64,000 nucleotides of DNA from a virus (taxonomy: Duplodnaviria > Caudoviricetes), in the IMG/VR virus record IMGVR_UViG_3300032280_000442, positions 32,001 to 96,000 of that record. The stretch is one strand, 5' to 3'. Each line of letters begins with the position of its first letter. The stretch's first letter is position 1. Position numbers and translations under genes: made by a program. The notes under the pieces were generated by a model. It did not search any database and was not told the origin of the DNA. It saw only the letters and a program-made list of their open reading frames with translations. Positions 55,074 through 64,000 of this stretch are shown here, piece after piece.

Positions 55074-55401
55074 ATCTATAAATATAACATAAGGGCAAAA
55101 GTTACCCCCGTCTTTTGAACGAGGGTGATAATTACTTTCCTTTTTTCTTAATTAGTTCTTTAACAAATTCTTGAAGTTCAAATAATTCAGGGTCAGTTTC
55201 TAAAATATAACGAGATTTCATATCATTATAGTTCTCTCGGATATCTGATATACACCATCCGAAGAACTCAAATAATAATTTAACTTTTATTTTTAGTTTT
55301 TTTAATCTCATCTTTTATTATATCAATGATTACAATTACACACATTATTCCAACAATAGTCATCATAAAGTATCCAGGTCCAACAGGGTCTTGAAGTTCC
55401 A

Positions 55402-55569
55402 TTAGTCCTCTTTAACTTTTTTAACTCTTTTTTTATATACCCTTTTCTTCTTCACCGGTGGTTTAATAACCACCTCCTCTTGGACAATTGGTTTAGTTTT
55501 TTTCTTTACTAAATAAAGAACAAGTGACACAAATATCACAAGGATTGCGGCAGGTGCAAAGAATTTCAT
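55402..55569 (-). CDS. small membrane-anchored basic peptide (55 aa, not in ORF track)
   Basis: hand translation MKFFAPAAILVIFVSLVLYLVKKKTK... Confidence 0.45.
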   Translation of the reverse strand: MKFFAPAAILVIFVSLVLYLVKKKTKPIVQEEVVIKPPVKKKRVYKKRVKKVKED

Positions 55570-55584
55570 TTTTGTTGGGATTAT

Positions 55585-55902
55585 TTATAGATTAGGGAAG
55601 ATTAATACATCTTCATCGGATAAATAGTCGTCTATTTTGCTTTGTTTTCTATTTTGAAAGATTTTCCCAATTTTTTTGATATTTTTACATTCTTCTTCAG
55701 AATATTCGTGAGTAATCTTATAAATAAGACCATCTTCACTAATATTTAACACAATTCCATTCTCATTTCTAATGTGAGGAACTTCATATGAAATCCCATT
55801 TTTACTGTCTACACAAATGGTGTTAAACACTTCACTAACAACACCTCTATTAATCCCACCATACTTTGTGAATTGAACGTACTTATCACCTTCTTTAAAC
55901 AT
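55585..55902 (-). CDS. hypothetical protein
   Basis: ORF track. Confidence 0.55.
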   Translation of the reverse strand: MFKEGDKYVQFTKYGGINRGVVSEVFNTICVDSKNGISYEVPHIRNENGIVLNISEDGLIYKITHEYSEEECKNIKKIGKIFQNRKQSKIDDYLSDEDVLIFPNL

Positions 55903-56029
55903 CTTTTTTTTCTTTTAATCGTCTAACAACATTTTTAAATAACTCAAACATTAAAAACAACCAAGACCCAATCCCTAAAACAACAAATATTGAAATTAAA
56001 ATATAACCCCACATACAAATAATAGTTTT

Positions 56030-56542
56030 TTAATTTATAATTGTTTCAATAATAGATGTTAAAATAATACCAACAACCACCCCAATTACAAATCCAGTAA
56101 TAAAAGTATTTGGTTTAGTTGGTTCCGGAATAACCTCAACAGGTGTTGGTTTGTTGTATTTTTTTCGGTAATATGGTTTTTTCTTTCTAACCGGTTTATC
56201 CTCAACCGAACCCAATACAGATTCTTTACGGATTACAGGTGTTGTCTTAATAACTTTTTTAGAGTCAACTCCTTCGTTTAATTTCACTCTGTATTCAGGT
56301 GATATACTTGGTATAACTCTTTTTTCTTTGTTGAATAATTCTTCTTCAACGCGTTCGCTTAATTTTCTTGAACTCATTTCTTTTGTTTTTTTGATTAATG
56401 TTAATGGTGGTGAAGGAATGAACTTACTTCCACCTTTGGATGGTTTTAAGAAACTCCAATAGTTCTTTTGGAAGTTAACTAATTGTTCCCGGTATTCATC
56501 CATAGACTGACCGGGATATGGGACAGGTAATAACTTACCCAT
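56030..56542 (-). CDS. C-terminally membrane-anchored protein
   Basis: C-terminal TM. Confidence 0.55.
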   Translation of the reverse strand: MGKLLPVPYPGQSMDEYREQLVNFQKNYWSFLKPSKGGSKFIPSPPLTLIKKTKEMSSRKLSERVEEELFNKEKRVIPSISPEYRVKLNEGVDSKKVIKTTPVIRKESVLGSVEDKPVRKKKPYYRKKYNKPTPVEVIPEPTKPNTFITGFVIGVVVGIILTSIIETIIN

Positions 56543-56688
56543 TAATGTTTTGATTTACTTGCTCCGATTACAAGAAAAAAAAGTGACGGTATAGCAAATA
56601 CCGCACTAACAGAGAACATTAAAATTATACAACCTAAAGATAAAAAGTCGTATTTATTCTTTACTACAAAGTTTATTAAATTATCCAT
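56542..56688 (-). CDS. small membrane protein
   Basis: start MDNLI after TATCTTTG-N4. Confidence 0.5.
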   Translation of the reverse strand: MDNLINFVVKNKYDFLSLGCIILMFSVSAVFAIPSLFFLVIGASKSKH

Positions 56689-56741
56689 ACCACAAAGATA
56701 AATAAAAAACCCCAAGAATTCAACTCTTGAGGTTACTTTTT

Positions 56742-56921
56742 TTAACATTTACAAATTCCATCACCACCTTTAGATGGATTACAGACACATTCTTTCTTTT
56801 CTTTACTAGTAATCAGTGTATATCCGGGAAATAAAGTCATCAATGATTTAATCTCATCAACTTTTCCGGCACTATTGGTAATTGTAATGGTTTTGTTTTC
56901 GGTATTAATTTTATATTCCAT
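56742..56921 (-). CDS. small protein with C-terminal CxC...CxC motif (59 aa, not in ORF track)
   Basis: hand translation ending ECVCNPSKGGDGICKC. Confidence 0.5.
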   Translation of the reverse strand: MEYKINTENKTITITNSAGKVDEIKSLMTLFPGYTLITSKEKKECVCNPSKGGDGICKC

Positions 56922-57007
56922 AATGATTCATAATTAATGCACCCACAATTACTATTATATAAATCACAATAAATATTATTGACGGTAAATTAGATTCTTT
57001 TTTCATT

Positions 57008-57727
57008 TTATTTTTTATGAAACTCAATTATGTCCCACTTTCCTTTATTTGTTTCCACTAGTGCGGTACAATTTTCACACCAATCTCCACTATTCATATA
57101 ATTATCTTTTAACTCCGGTTGATGAATGTGTCCACATACGGCAACATCACATCCTTTTTTGTAAGTTAATAGTATTGCGTTATGTTCAAAATCATTTATA
57201 AAGTTAACGGCTTTCTTAACACCACTTTTAATATCTTTGGAGATGGAATAATAAGGTAACCCTCTCATCTCACGATATTTGTTGTAAACTCTATTCATCC
57301 ATAATGCTAAGTCATAACCTATTGAACCGATGTGAGCTAAAAATTTTGCTTTGGTAATGAATACATCTAACACATCTCCGTGAAACACATACATCTTACG
57401 ACCATCTATGGATGTGAAGGTATAATCCTCCGTGATTGTTAAATTGGATAATTGGAATGGGATGAAATATTTTAGGAACTCATCGTGATTTCCTCTGAGC
57501 CAAATAACATTCACACCCTTCTCGCTCATCTTCATTATCTTTCTTAATACTTTGGTATGACTTTCCTTCCATTTCCCCCCTCTTTTAAGAGCCCAACCAT
57601 CAACGATATCCCCATTCAAAATTAAGGTCTCTGTGGTGTTTTTTTCAAGGAATTCTATAACATCGTTGGCTCTACTCGATTTTGAACCCAAGTGAATGTC
57701 AGATAGAATTATTGTTTTGTATTTCAT
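57008..57727 (-). CDS. LpxH/YbbF-like UDP-2,3-diacylglucosamine hydrolase-family metallophosphoesterase
   Basis: SDIHLG, LNGDIVDGW, RGNHD, FHGD, CGHIH, NSGDW. Confidence 0.88.
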   Translation of the reverse strand: MKYKTIILSDIHLGSKSSRANDVIEFLEKNTTETLILNGDIVDGWALKRGGKWKESHTKVLRKIMKMSEKGVNVIWLRGNHDEFLKYFIPFQLSNLTITEDYTFTSIDGRKMYVFHGDVLDVFITKAKFLAHIGSIGYDLALWMNRVYNKYREMRGLPYYSISKDIKSGVKKAVNFINDFEHNAILLTYKKGCDVAVCGHIHQPELKDNYMNSGDWCENCTALVETNKGKWDIIEFHKK

Positions 57728-58437
57728 TATGTCCAGTAATTATGTTCCTTTGTAAAGAACTCATCGTTGTTTCTATTAAACCAAGATTTAATCATCATCT
57801 TAACTACATAGAATAAACCTTTGTTCTTGAATCGTCTTGATGTAGTATAAACAATTTTGTTTGCCACATAAAACTTATTTGGTTTTATCTTTGAACTTAA
57901 ATGATAATCCTCAGCAAACTTATCATCCGGATTAAATCCCCCCAATGAATTGAATACCTCTAAATTAAATAACATAAATCCTCCGACCGCAAATGGTGTG
58001 GAAAATTTGGTTAGATATTGGATAACATCAAATGATTGATACACATAATTGTATTGACCATCGTCAGTTCTCATTTTAGTTGTGGATAAATGATAATCAT
58101 TTTTTTTCATTATCTCAACCATATCCTTTAACAAATTAAAATCATTAAGATATATGTCGGCATCCAAGAATAAAACATAAGGTGTCTTTATCTTCTTTGT
58201 TCCGTTGTTTCTGGCCTCAGCAGGAAAACCTCCTTTAACAATCTTTACATTAATATTATTATGAAATGAACTAAGAATACATTTTTGTGTATATCCATCA
58301 TCTGTTGAAGAATCGGCAACCATTACATTTACACCTTTAATACTAGTTTGCAAGTTTATTAACTCCAAAGTTTTCTTTATGGTTAATCCTTCGTTTTTGC
58401 AGGGCATTACTATTGTTAAATCTTTACTTAAACTCAT
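57727..58437 (-). CDS. glycosyltransferase family 2
   Basis: IVMPCKNE, DSSTD, ARNNG, LFLDAD, GGF...AED, TSRRF. Confidence 0.88.
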   Translation of the reverse strand: MSLSKDLTIVMPCKNEGLTIKKTLELINLQTSIKGVNVMVADSSTDDGYTQKCILSSFHNNINVKIVKGGFPAEARNNGTKKIKTPYVLFLDADIYLNDFNLLKDMVEIMKKNDYHLSTTKMRTDDGQYNYVYQSFDVIQYLTKFSTPFAVGGFMLFNLEVFNSLGGFNPDDKFAEDYHLSSKIKPNKFYVANKIVYTTSRRFKNKGLFYVVKMMIKSWFNRNNDEFFTKEHNYWT

Positions 58438-58496
58438 ACCTATAAATATACCGGAATTAAATTATTGGTATGGATATTTATTGTTAAATATTAATT

Positions 58497-59087
58497 ATGA
58501 AAAACCTTTTATTAGTTTTACTAACTTTACTATCATTATCTTCTTTTTCTCAAAAAAAATTAAGAGATAGTATCTACATCAAAACCGACATATTTGAAAT
58601 CGTTTATTCGGAAGTGTTGGAACAACCTAAATTTGTTAAATACATCGTTAAATGTCCAAATGGAACAGCATCAAGAACCGGTATGGATTTTTATACTTGT
58701 GACTCAATTAAAACATCCGACAATAAGGATTATGAAAAAAATATGTGGGACAAAGGTCATATGAGCCCTGGCGCTGACTTTAGTTGTGATAAACAAACTC
58801 TATACAAAACATTTACTTACTTAAATTGTTCACTACAACAAGAAAACCTTAACAGAACAACTTGGAGATTACTTGAAGTAAGAGAACGTGAACTAGCAAA
58901 AACAAACAAAGTTGTCACAGTTGAAATTAGATGTATCTTCGGACCAAAATCAATTACACTTCCATCCGGAGCAACCGTTCCAACCGCTTACAGAAAAACA
59001 ATTAAGTATGATAAAGTAACTGAAGTATATTACTTCAAAAATGAAAAACCATTATCAACCGACTTCACCAAATATAAAGTAAAATAA
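58497..59087 (+). CDS. secreted DNA/RNA non-specific endonuclease (NucA/Serratia family)
   Basis: signal peptide; DKGHM.P, TF.Y.N...Q...LNR..W..LE. Confidence 0.85.
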   Translation: MKNLLLVLLTLLSLSSFSQKKLRDSIYIKTDIFEIVYSEVLEQPKFVKYIVKCPNGTASRTGMDFYTCDSIKTSDNKDYEKNMWDKGHMSPGADFSCDKQTLYKTFTYLNCSLQQENLNRTTWRLLEVRERELAKTNKVVTVEIRCIFGPKSITLPSGATVPTAYRKTIKYDKVTEVYYFKNEKPLSTDFTKYKVK

Positions 59088-59118
59088 AAAAACCCTCCGA
59101 TGTGGAGGGTTTTGTTTT
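59085..59118. terminator. bidirectional terminator
   Basis: aaaaaaaccctcc-gatgt-ggagggtttt. Confidence 0.8.
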
Positions 59119-59125
59119 TATAATC

Positions 59126-59371
59126 CTAATTTTTATCTTTTTTATTTTCTTCGTCTTTATACGTAAAAACGCCTTTCATATTCTTCAAGAACATAGCGAT
59201 GTTATCACCAAAATAGAATATCGGGCCAACAGTTATTAACGCCAACAATAAAAATCCAACATAGAACCACAACGTATCAGATAAATTCATTAAGTAAAAT
59301 GAAAAATCAACCAACTCAATCCAAATAAAGATTCCAATAATAATACCTATAAATTTTAATAAGTTTTTCAT
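59126..59371 (-). CDS. two-TM membrane protein
   Basis: two hydrophobic helices. Confidence 0.6.
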   Translation of the reverse strand: MKNLLKFIGIIIGIFIWIELVDFSFYLMNLSDTLWFYVGFLLLALITVGPIFYFGDNIAMFLKNMKGVFTYKDEENKKDKN

Positions 59372-59372
59372 A

Positions 59373-59588
59373 TTATCTCTGAATTAACATATTTGTATTT
59401 GCCATTGGAACCCTTAACACCGGAACTACTCCTCCGTTTTCCCCTGATTTTTGCATTACCTCGTAATACCCATTCTCAACTTTTACTGTTGGAACATTAT
59501 CAAATGTTTCTAAAAGCACCCCTGATTCTCTTGAACCTGACAACAATTGAACTTTCTTTGTTGTACTATTAAACGTTAATGTTTGCAT
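59373..59588 (-). CDS. hypothetical protein
   Basis: ORF in operon. Confidence 0.6.
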   Translation of the reverse strand: MQTLTFNSTTKKVQLLSGSRESGVLLETFDNVPTVKVENGYYEVMQKSGENGGVVPVLRVPMANTNMLIQR

Positions 59589-59594
59589 AATTTG

Positions 59595-60458
59595 TTATTT
59601 TAATTTTAATTTTTTTAATAATTTATTTAATTTACTTACCCATTCTTTATCAACTTTTGGTCTTTCAATTACTCTTGATTCTATAGAATCACTCATTTGT
59701 TGCCCACCACCAATATATTGTTTCATTCGTTCTTGTTTTTTATAATCAAAAACATAATCATCTCTTAATTGAAGAAACTCTCTAACTTGCCCTACACTAT
59801 CTCTATAAGAATATGGGTCGTGATGTAAAGAAATTTTTTGTGTAACCCTATTATATATTGGGTTTTTAAAAACCCACTCTTTCATTTGTTGGATTCTTGG
59901 ATGCGTATCTAGCAATGTTTGAATAGATGTAAATCTACCATTACCCTCAACCATAGTTATATATTCATATAACAAATCCAAATAAGTAAATCTAAAAGTT
60001 TCATATGGTGTGACGATAAGAATATTGAAATTAAACTTAGTTGTCAAGTCATACCATCTTAAAACTTCATCAGTTGATTCTAAAATAGACCCAATAAGAA
60101 TCCCCACATCGGTGTATCTTTCTCTTATTCTATAAACCAAACAATAATTACCCCAACCCCAATACTTTGTAAAATACACCTCCAACAACATTGTATATTT
60201 ACGAATGTGTTCCCCCAATTCCATATCAAGAACCTCATTAATAACTTTTGTTATCTTATCTTGGTCCTCACGGAAATTACGATTCCAGTCGGGATTGACC
60301 AAATGTCCTCTCCCGGCTAAATCTATACCACTATGTAATACGTCTGATACCATAGGGCAAATATAGACATTTTTTTTGAATCCGTCATATTTATAATAAA
60401 AATCTTTTATGAAAAGCCCATACGAAAATCTATCCGATAAAGTTTTATTCAGATTCAT
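59595..60458 (-). CDS. hypothetical protein, start uncertain
   Basis: long ORF; annotated 5' end overlaps the divergent gene 60409. Confidence 0.5.
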   Translation of the reverse strand: MNLNKTLSDRFSYGLFIKDFYYKYDGFKKNVYICPMVSDVLHSGIDLAGRGHLVNPDWNRNFREDQDKITKVINEVLDMELGEHIRKYTMLLEVYFTKYWGWGNYCLVYRIRERYTDVGILIGSILESTDEVLRWYDLTTKFNFNILIVTPYETFRFTYLDLLYEYITMVEGNGRFTSIQTLLDTHPRIQQMKEWVFKNPIYNRVTQKISLHHDPYSYRDSVGQVREFLQLRDDYVFDYKKQERMKQYIGGGQQMSDSIESRVIERPKVDKEWVSKLNKLLKKLKLK

Positions 60459-60900
60459 TAAAATGTTAATGGAAGAAGTTGATTTTAGTGAGTTAGAAAC
60501 ATCTCAAGATTCTGAGTTAAGTGATGCGATAGATTCTATTAAATCTTATTTTCCAGTTCAAAGTGATGACTACACCATTGATTCGGATTATATATATAAT
60601 CTTTGGAAATTGAATTTTGAATCGTTTGACGAAGAAACACTAACCACACCTCTTTATAGACCAGTATATAAACAAGTAACATTTGATTGGGCTGTTTGGG
60701 AAACTCAATGGGTTAAATTAACTTATCAACACGAAATTGAAACTTACGGGTCAGATAAAGATGATATGCTTAATTATGTTTACGGAATGAGAAATGATGG
60801 TAATCTCAATTGGTATGATGGTAAAGAAATTAATAGTGAGATTACCGAATCAGAAACAACTGACGAGGATATTAATGATAATAGTTTTACAATTCTTTAA
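60409..60900 (+). CDS. acidic hypothetical protein
   Basis: ORF in rightward operon. Confidence 0.6.
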   Translation: MKSPYENLSDKVLFRFIKMLMEEVDFSELETSQDSELSDAIDSIKSYFPVQSDDYTIDSDYIYNLWKLNFESFDEETLTTPLYRPVYKQVTFDWAVWETQWVKLTYQHEIETYGSDKDDMLNYVYGMRNDGNLNWYDGKEINSEITESETTDEDINDNSFTIL

Positions 60901-60905
60901 ATATT

Positions 60906-61721
60906 ATGGAAAAACATAAATTACTTTCATTAGTTAAGAAAACGGCAACCTACTTTGATGACTACTCATCACCTAACTCCGTATACCAATCTTTATGGAA
61001 TGATAAACATTTCAAACCATTATTAGATAAAATGTCACCTGAAGATGTTATTTTTTATAGTTTCTTAGTCCCTATTAACAATAAGGAACAAGACATTGAC
61101 GAATCTTACGACAGAATTGAAGCAAATATGTTTGCAGTTGAATTAATTGAAATTTACAATACCGAACCTGAGGTTGATTGTCCTAATTGTCATAACGGTC
61201 AGGAACCTTGTGACAATTGTGATGGAACAGGTGAAACAGAATGTAGTCGTTGTGATAGTTCCGGTGAAGAGGATTGTGACTATTGCGATGGTTCAGGTGT
61301 TTATGAAGATGGTGAAGAATGTGATATGTGTGAAGGTGATGGAAAACAAACTTGTGGTTTATGTAATGGTAGTGGTTACGAATCTTGTCAATATTGTGGC
61401 GGAGATGGTGAAGTAAATTGTTATAGTTGTGATTCAACAGGAAATATATATAGTGATGAACAAGTTGAGATTCAAAACTTAGATTACATATCTTGGAGTG
61501 GTCGTTGGAAAGATTATTTCTTCAAAGCAAAACCTGACGAACAATTAGATGAAGAAGACACTAAAAACTTTGGGTTCAACTCTCAAACAATATTGTTAGG
61601 TATGTCTGAGGAAATTAGTGAAGAGTATTTAGGATATGAAAATGGTGACGTATTATTATATGTAACTAAAGACACAAAAGATTTAAATTTAAAGAAAACA
61701 AACGAGAGAATTTTACCTTAA
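60906..61721 (+). CDS. DnaJ-type CxxCxGxG zinc-finger repeat protein (no J domain)
   Basis: eight CxxC(x)xxG motifs; no HPD motif. Confidence 0.75.
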   Translation: MEKHKLLSLVKKTATYFDDYSSPNSVYQSLWNDKHFKPLLDKMSPEDVIFYSFLVPINNKEQDIDESYDRIEANMFAVELIEIYNTEPEVDCPNCHNGQEPCDNCDGTGETECSRCDSSGEEDCDYCDGSGVYEDGEECDMCEGDGKQTCGLCNGSGYESCQYCGGDGEVNCYSCDSTGNIYSDEQVEIQNLDYISWSGRWKDYFFKAKPDEQLDEEDTKNFGFNSQTILLGMSEEISEEYLGYENGDVLLYVTKDTKDLNLKKTNERILP

Positions 61722-62251
61722 TCCTCATAATTACGATAATTATCCAAATGTTGTGAGATTGCTTCATAAACGTTAGGTAAGTAAAATCTTCTTATCCACA
61801 TACTGTATGAGGCAAGATTATCAAACTCCTTATCCCATTTAATGAATGTATACTGATTATCGCCTAAATCACTTTCACTTAGTAAAATTGGATTACCTTC
61901 TGAATCCACCGCTTCATATAATTCGGTATCCACAGGAATACCATTATTCGCATCCCAAAATGGTGTTGCCATACTAGATGTTGATTCCTCATTATAAATC
62001 TCACCACTCCAATCACATTCCCAATTAACCACACCACTAAAACCATCATAACTTAATAGACAATTTTTATACTTCATAGGGAATAATTTTTCCCTAAATA
62101 AATAACTAAGAATATTATTTGCCATTTCAAAATCTATTTGACAATCACTTTTTTGTATTAACTCTATAGTAGTTAAACCCAACATTGATTTTGTTTCATC
62201 AAACCCCTCTTTATCTATTAACTTTTGTAATGCGATTTCTAACTTTGCCAT
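61718..62251 (-). CDS. hypothetical protein
   Basis: ATPFWD motif; TATTTAT upstream. Confidence 0.6.
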   Translation of the reverse strand: MAKLEIALQKLIDKEGFDETKSMLGLTTIELIQKSDCQIDFEMANNILSYLFREKLFPMKYKNCLLSYDGFSGVVNWECDWSGEIYNEESTSSMATPFWDANNGIPVDTELYEAVDSEGNPILLSESDLGDNQYTFIKWDKEFDNLASYSMWIRRFYLPNVYEAISQHLDNYRNYED

Positions 62252-62293
62252 ATTATTTATTCACTATTTATATAAATATACATATTTATTATT

Positions 62294-62953
62294 ATGAACA
62301 AAGATAAATTATTACGATTATTCCTTAAAGACGTTAACCCACCGGTTAATGTTAATGGATTAATATTACACGCCCAACTTAAATCGGATGACTATATTGA
62401 ATGGGAAATTGAAAACCCTAATGATTTATCCTATAGTAATTTTGTTGTTGATGGACACCTTGAGGAAATGCTATATAATTTTATGGTAATGACCGGAACC
62501 AAAGACAACCCAATGTGGGGTTCAGATATTTACGCAAAATATTGTAGAGTGGGAAATGTAAGATACTTTTACATTAATCAAGAATTAAGAGATGAAATTA
62601 ATGCTAAATGTAATAATTTCACATCTATTAAGTTAGTAGATGGTGAAGAACTTAATTCAGAATGTTATATTATGAATTGGGACATTGGTTACGAAGATGA
62701 CGAAATGTTTAATTTTTACTTATCATTAGAATTAACCAACCCAAAAATTGATGGTGTTGATGTTGATGACGATACACTTCACGAATTTATTGAGAATTTT
62801 GTTTATAATGAGACCGCCCAAGAACAAGAGTTAGACGCTATTTGGGACATTGTCACATTAGTAATTGACAATAAAAATATGTATGATAGCACTTATATGT
62901 TTTCAAACGCAGTTATTGGATACTTTGACCAATTTGGGAATGGTTTGACTTAA
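62294..62953 (+). CDS. acidic hypothetical protein
   Basis: TATTTAT-N4-ATG. Confidence 0.65.
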   Translation: MNKDKLLRLFLKDVNPPVNVNGLILHAQLKSDDYIEWEIENPNDLSYSNFVVDGHLEEMLYNFMVMTGTKDNPMWGSDIYAKYCRVGNVRYFYINQELRDEINAKCNNFTSIKLVDGEELNSECYIMNWDIGYEDDEMFNFYLSLELTNPKIDGVDVDDDTLHEFIENFVYNETAQEQELDAIWDIVTLVIDNKNMYDSTYMFSNAVIGYFDQFGNGLT

Positions 62954-63318
62954 TACGAAAAATCAACATCAAGACAAACATTTGGAAACCACATTTCAAT
63001 CTCATCAAGGATTGAATCTTTAATGTCATCCTCTACCCAACTTGGCAAATCTGAAACATATTTCAAATAATCCCAATCACCCTCAAAACCAACCTTTATT
63101 TCAATTGGTTCAAGATATATGGTTCCACTATATTTACACCTTTGATATTTTTCGGTCTCCCAAAGAGCAACTTTACCAATTGTATAAATTACAGACCAAT
63201 CAGCATATTCATCATCGGCAGATGAATACGGCATACTATATTGACCTTCCTTAGTTATAACCTCATCAAATAATTTGATAATGTTTTTTTTAATTGATTC
63301 TATTTTTCTATCTTCCAT
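62950..63318 (-). CDS. hypothetical protein
   Basis: TAATG coupling with the upstream ORF. Confidence 0.6.
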   Translation of the reverse strand: MEDRKIESIKKNIIKLFDEVITKEGQYSMPYSSADDEYADWSVIYTIGKVALWETEKYQRCKYSGTIYLEPIEIKVGFEGDWDYLKYVSDLPSWVEDDIKDSILDEIEMWFPNVCLDVDFSY

Positions 63319-64000
63319 TATACATAGTCAGGAAAAAATTCATTTATATATTTGTCAACTAAACTATAATCAGGGTAATCCGGAATTCTAAAATCAAGCC
63401 AAGGTTCATCACCATTGTCCATAAACGTATTCATCATATTTAACCAAGTAGTTACATAATCAAGGTTATTGGCATAATACCCCCAATTACCACTATCCGC
63501 AACATATTTGCTAATAGAATTAAAAACCTCACCCGGATTAAATTTTAACGAATAATGTTCAACGAGTTTTTCAGGATTATAACTTGAAGGAATTGAGACC
63601 CACTTAGCACTTTTCATATCAAAGAATGTTTCTAACTCATTTTCAACAGCTCGATATATTTCGGTTTCATACGCACTATTATAAGCATTTGAGTGAATAC
63701 CATATAAGTCACCCGATAAATCCCCTAAATAATCATTATCAATTAAATACATAAACGATTCCTCATTCCCAATTATATCACCAACATTCTCAGGCGTTAA
63801 ATAAAAAATACCATCTTCAGAATAATTGTTAAATAAATCAGGTGTCTCATCATCAATCTCAATTTTCCAATTGGTTAATACATCTAATATATGTTTTTTT
63901 AACAATTCAATATTTGCAGGATTTAATTCTTCAATAACATCTCTATATACATCATCGGTTGTGTTACCCCATCTATCCCACACATCATCTTCACCTAACA
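63318..64000 (-). CDS. acidic hypothetical protein, 3' part (5' end beyond window)
   Basis: frame stays open to the window edge. Confidence 0.6.
   Translation of the reverse strand, partial: LGEDDVWDRWGNTTDDVYRDVIEELNPANIELLKKHILDVLTNWKIEIDDETPDLFNNYSEDGIFYLTPENVGDIIGNEESFMYLIDNDYLGDLSGDLYGIHSNAYNSAYETEIYRAVENELETFFDMKSAKWVSIPSSYNPEKLVEHYSLKFNPGEVFNSISKYVADSGNWGYYANNLDYVTTWLNMMNTFMDNGDEPWLDFRIPDYPDYSLVDKYINEFFPDYV

Noticed and set aside
61147-61437. Val/Met-rich and His-rich alternative ORFs
   Set aside because: Frame and antisense shadows of the Cys-rich zinc-finger repeats
1-64000. Stop-codon reassignment as in some Bacteroidota phages
   Set aside because: Recognisable genes are full length in code 11, and TAG/TGA end genes at sensible positions

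Overview
AT-rich (about 30% GC by eye), gene-dense segment of a large tailed phage genome, most likely a jumbo/huge phage of a Bacteroidota (Flavobacteriia-like) host. Host evidence: repeated TAnnTTTG/TTTG promoters and a type IX secretion C-terminal domain. Standard code 11 fits; I found no tRNA, rRNA or CRISPR array. Left end: GH19 endolysin, a membrane protein, and a secreted cohesin/dockerin/lectin/CsgG-like/T9SS operon. Middle: auxiliary genes (AsnRS-like catalytic core, metallophosphoesterase, FKBP PPIase, ClpP, nitroreductase), three GIY-YIG/NUMOD homing endonucleases (one splits thymidylate synthase into two ORFs with no room for an intron), and a 24-unit repeat protein with hypervariable inserts. 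The most striking pattern is about 33 genes between 14.7 and 55 kb sharing three interchangeable N-terminal leaders (MKIIITESQ-, MNLQENIxRI-, MKELIKKILREE-). Many leaders end in [ILV]-x-E, the T4-type prohead protease motif, and they are fused to very diverse cargo domains; most such operons start at a TATTTAT-N4-ATG motif. I interpret this (inference) as a modular capsid-targeting, virion-cargo library. A largely non-coding 38.7-41.5 kb stretch with A-tracts, G-tracts, DnaA-box-like 9-mers, a strand-skew switch and GNA-triloop hairpin repeats looks like an origin or genome-terminus region. All family assignments are by motif recognition; no searches were run.
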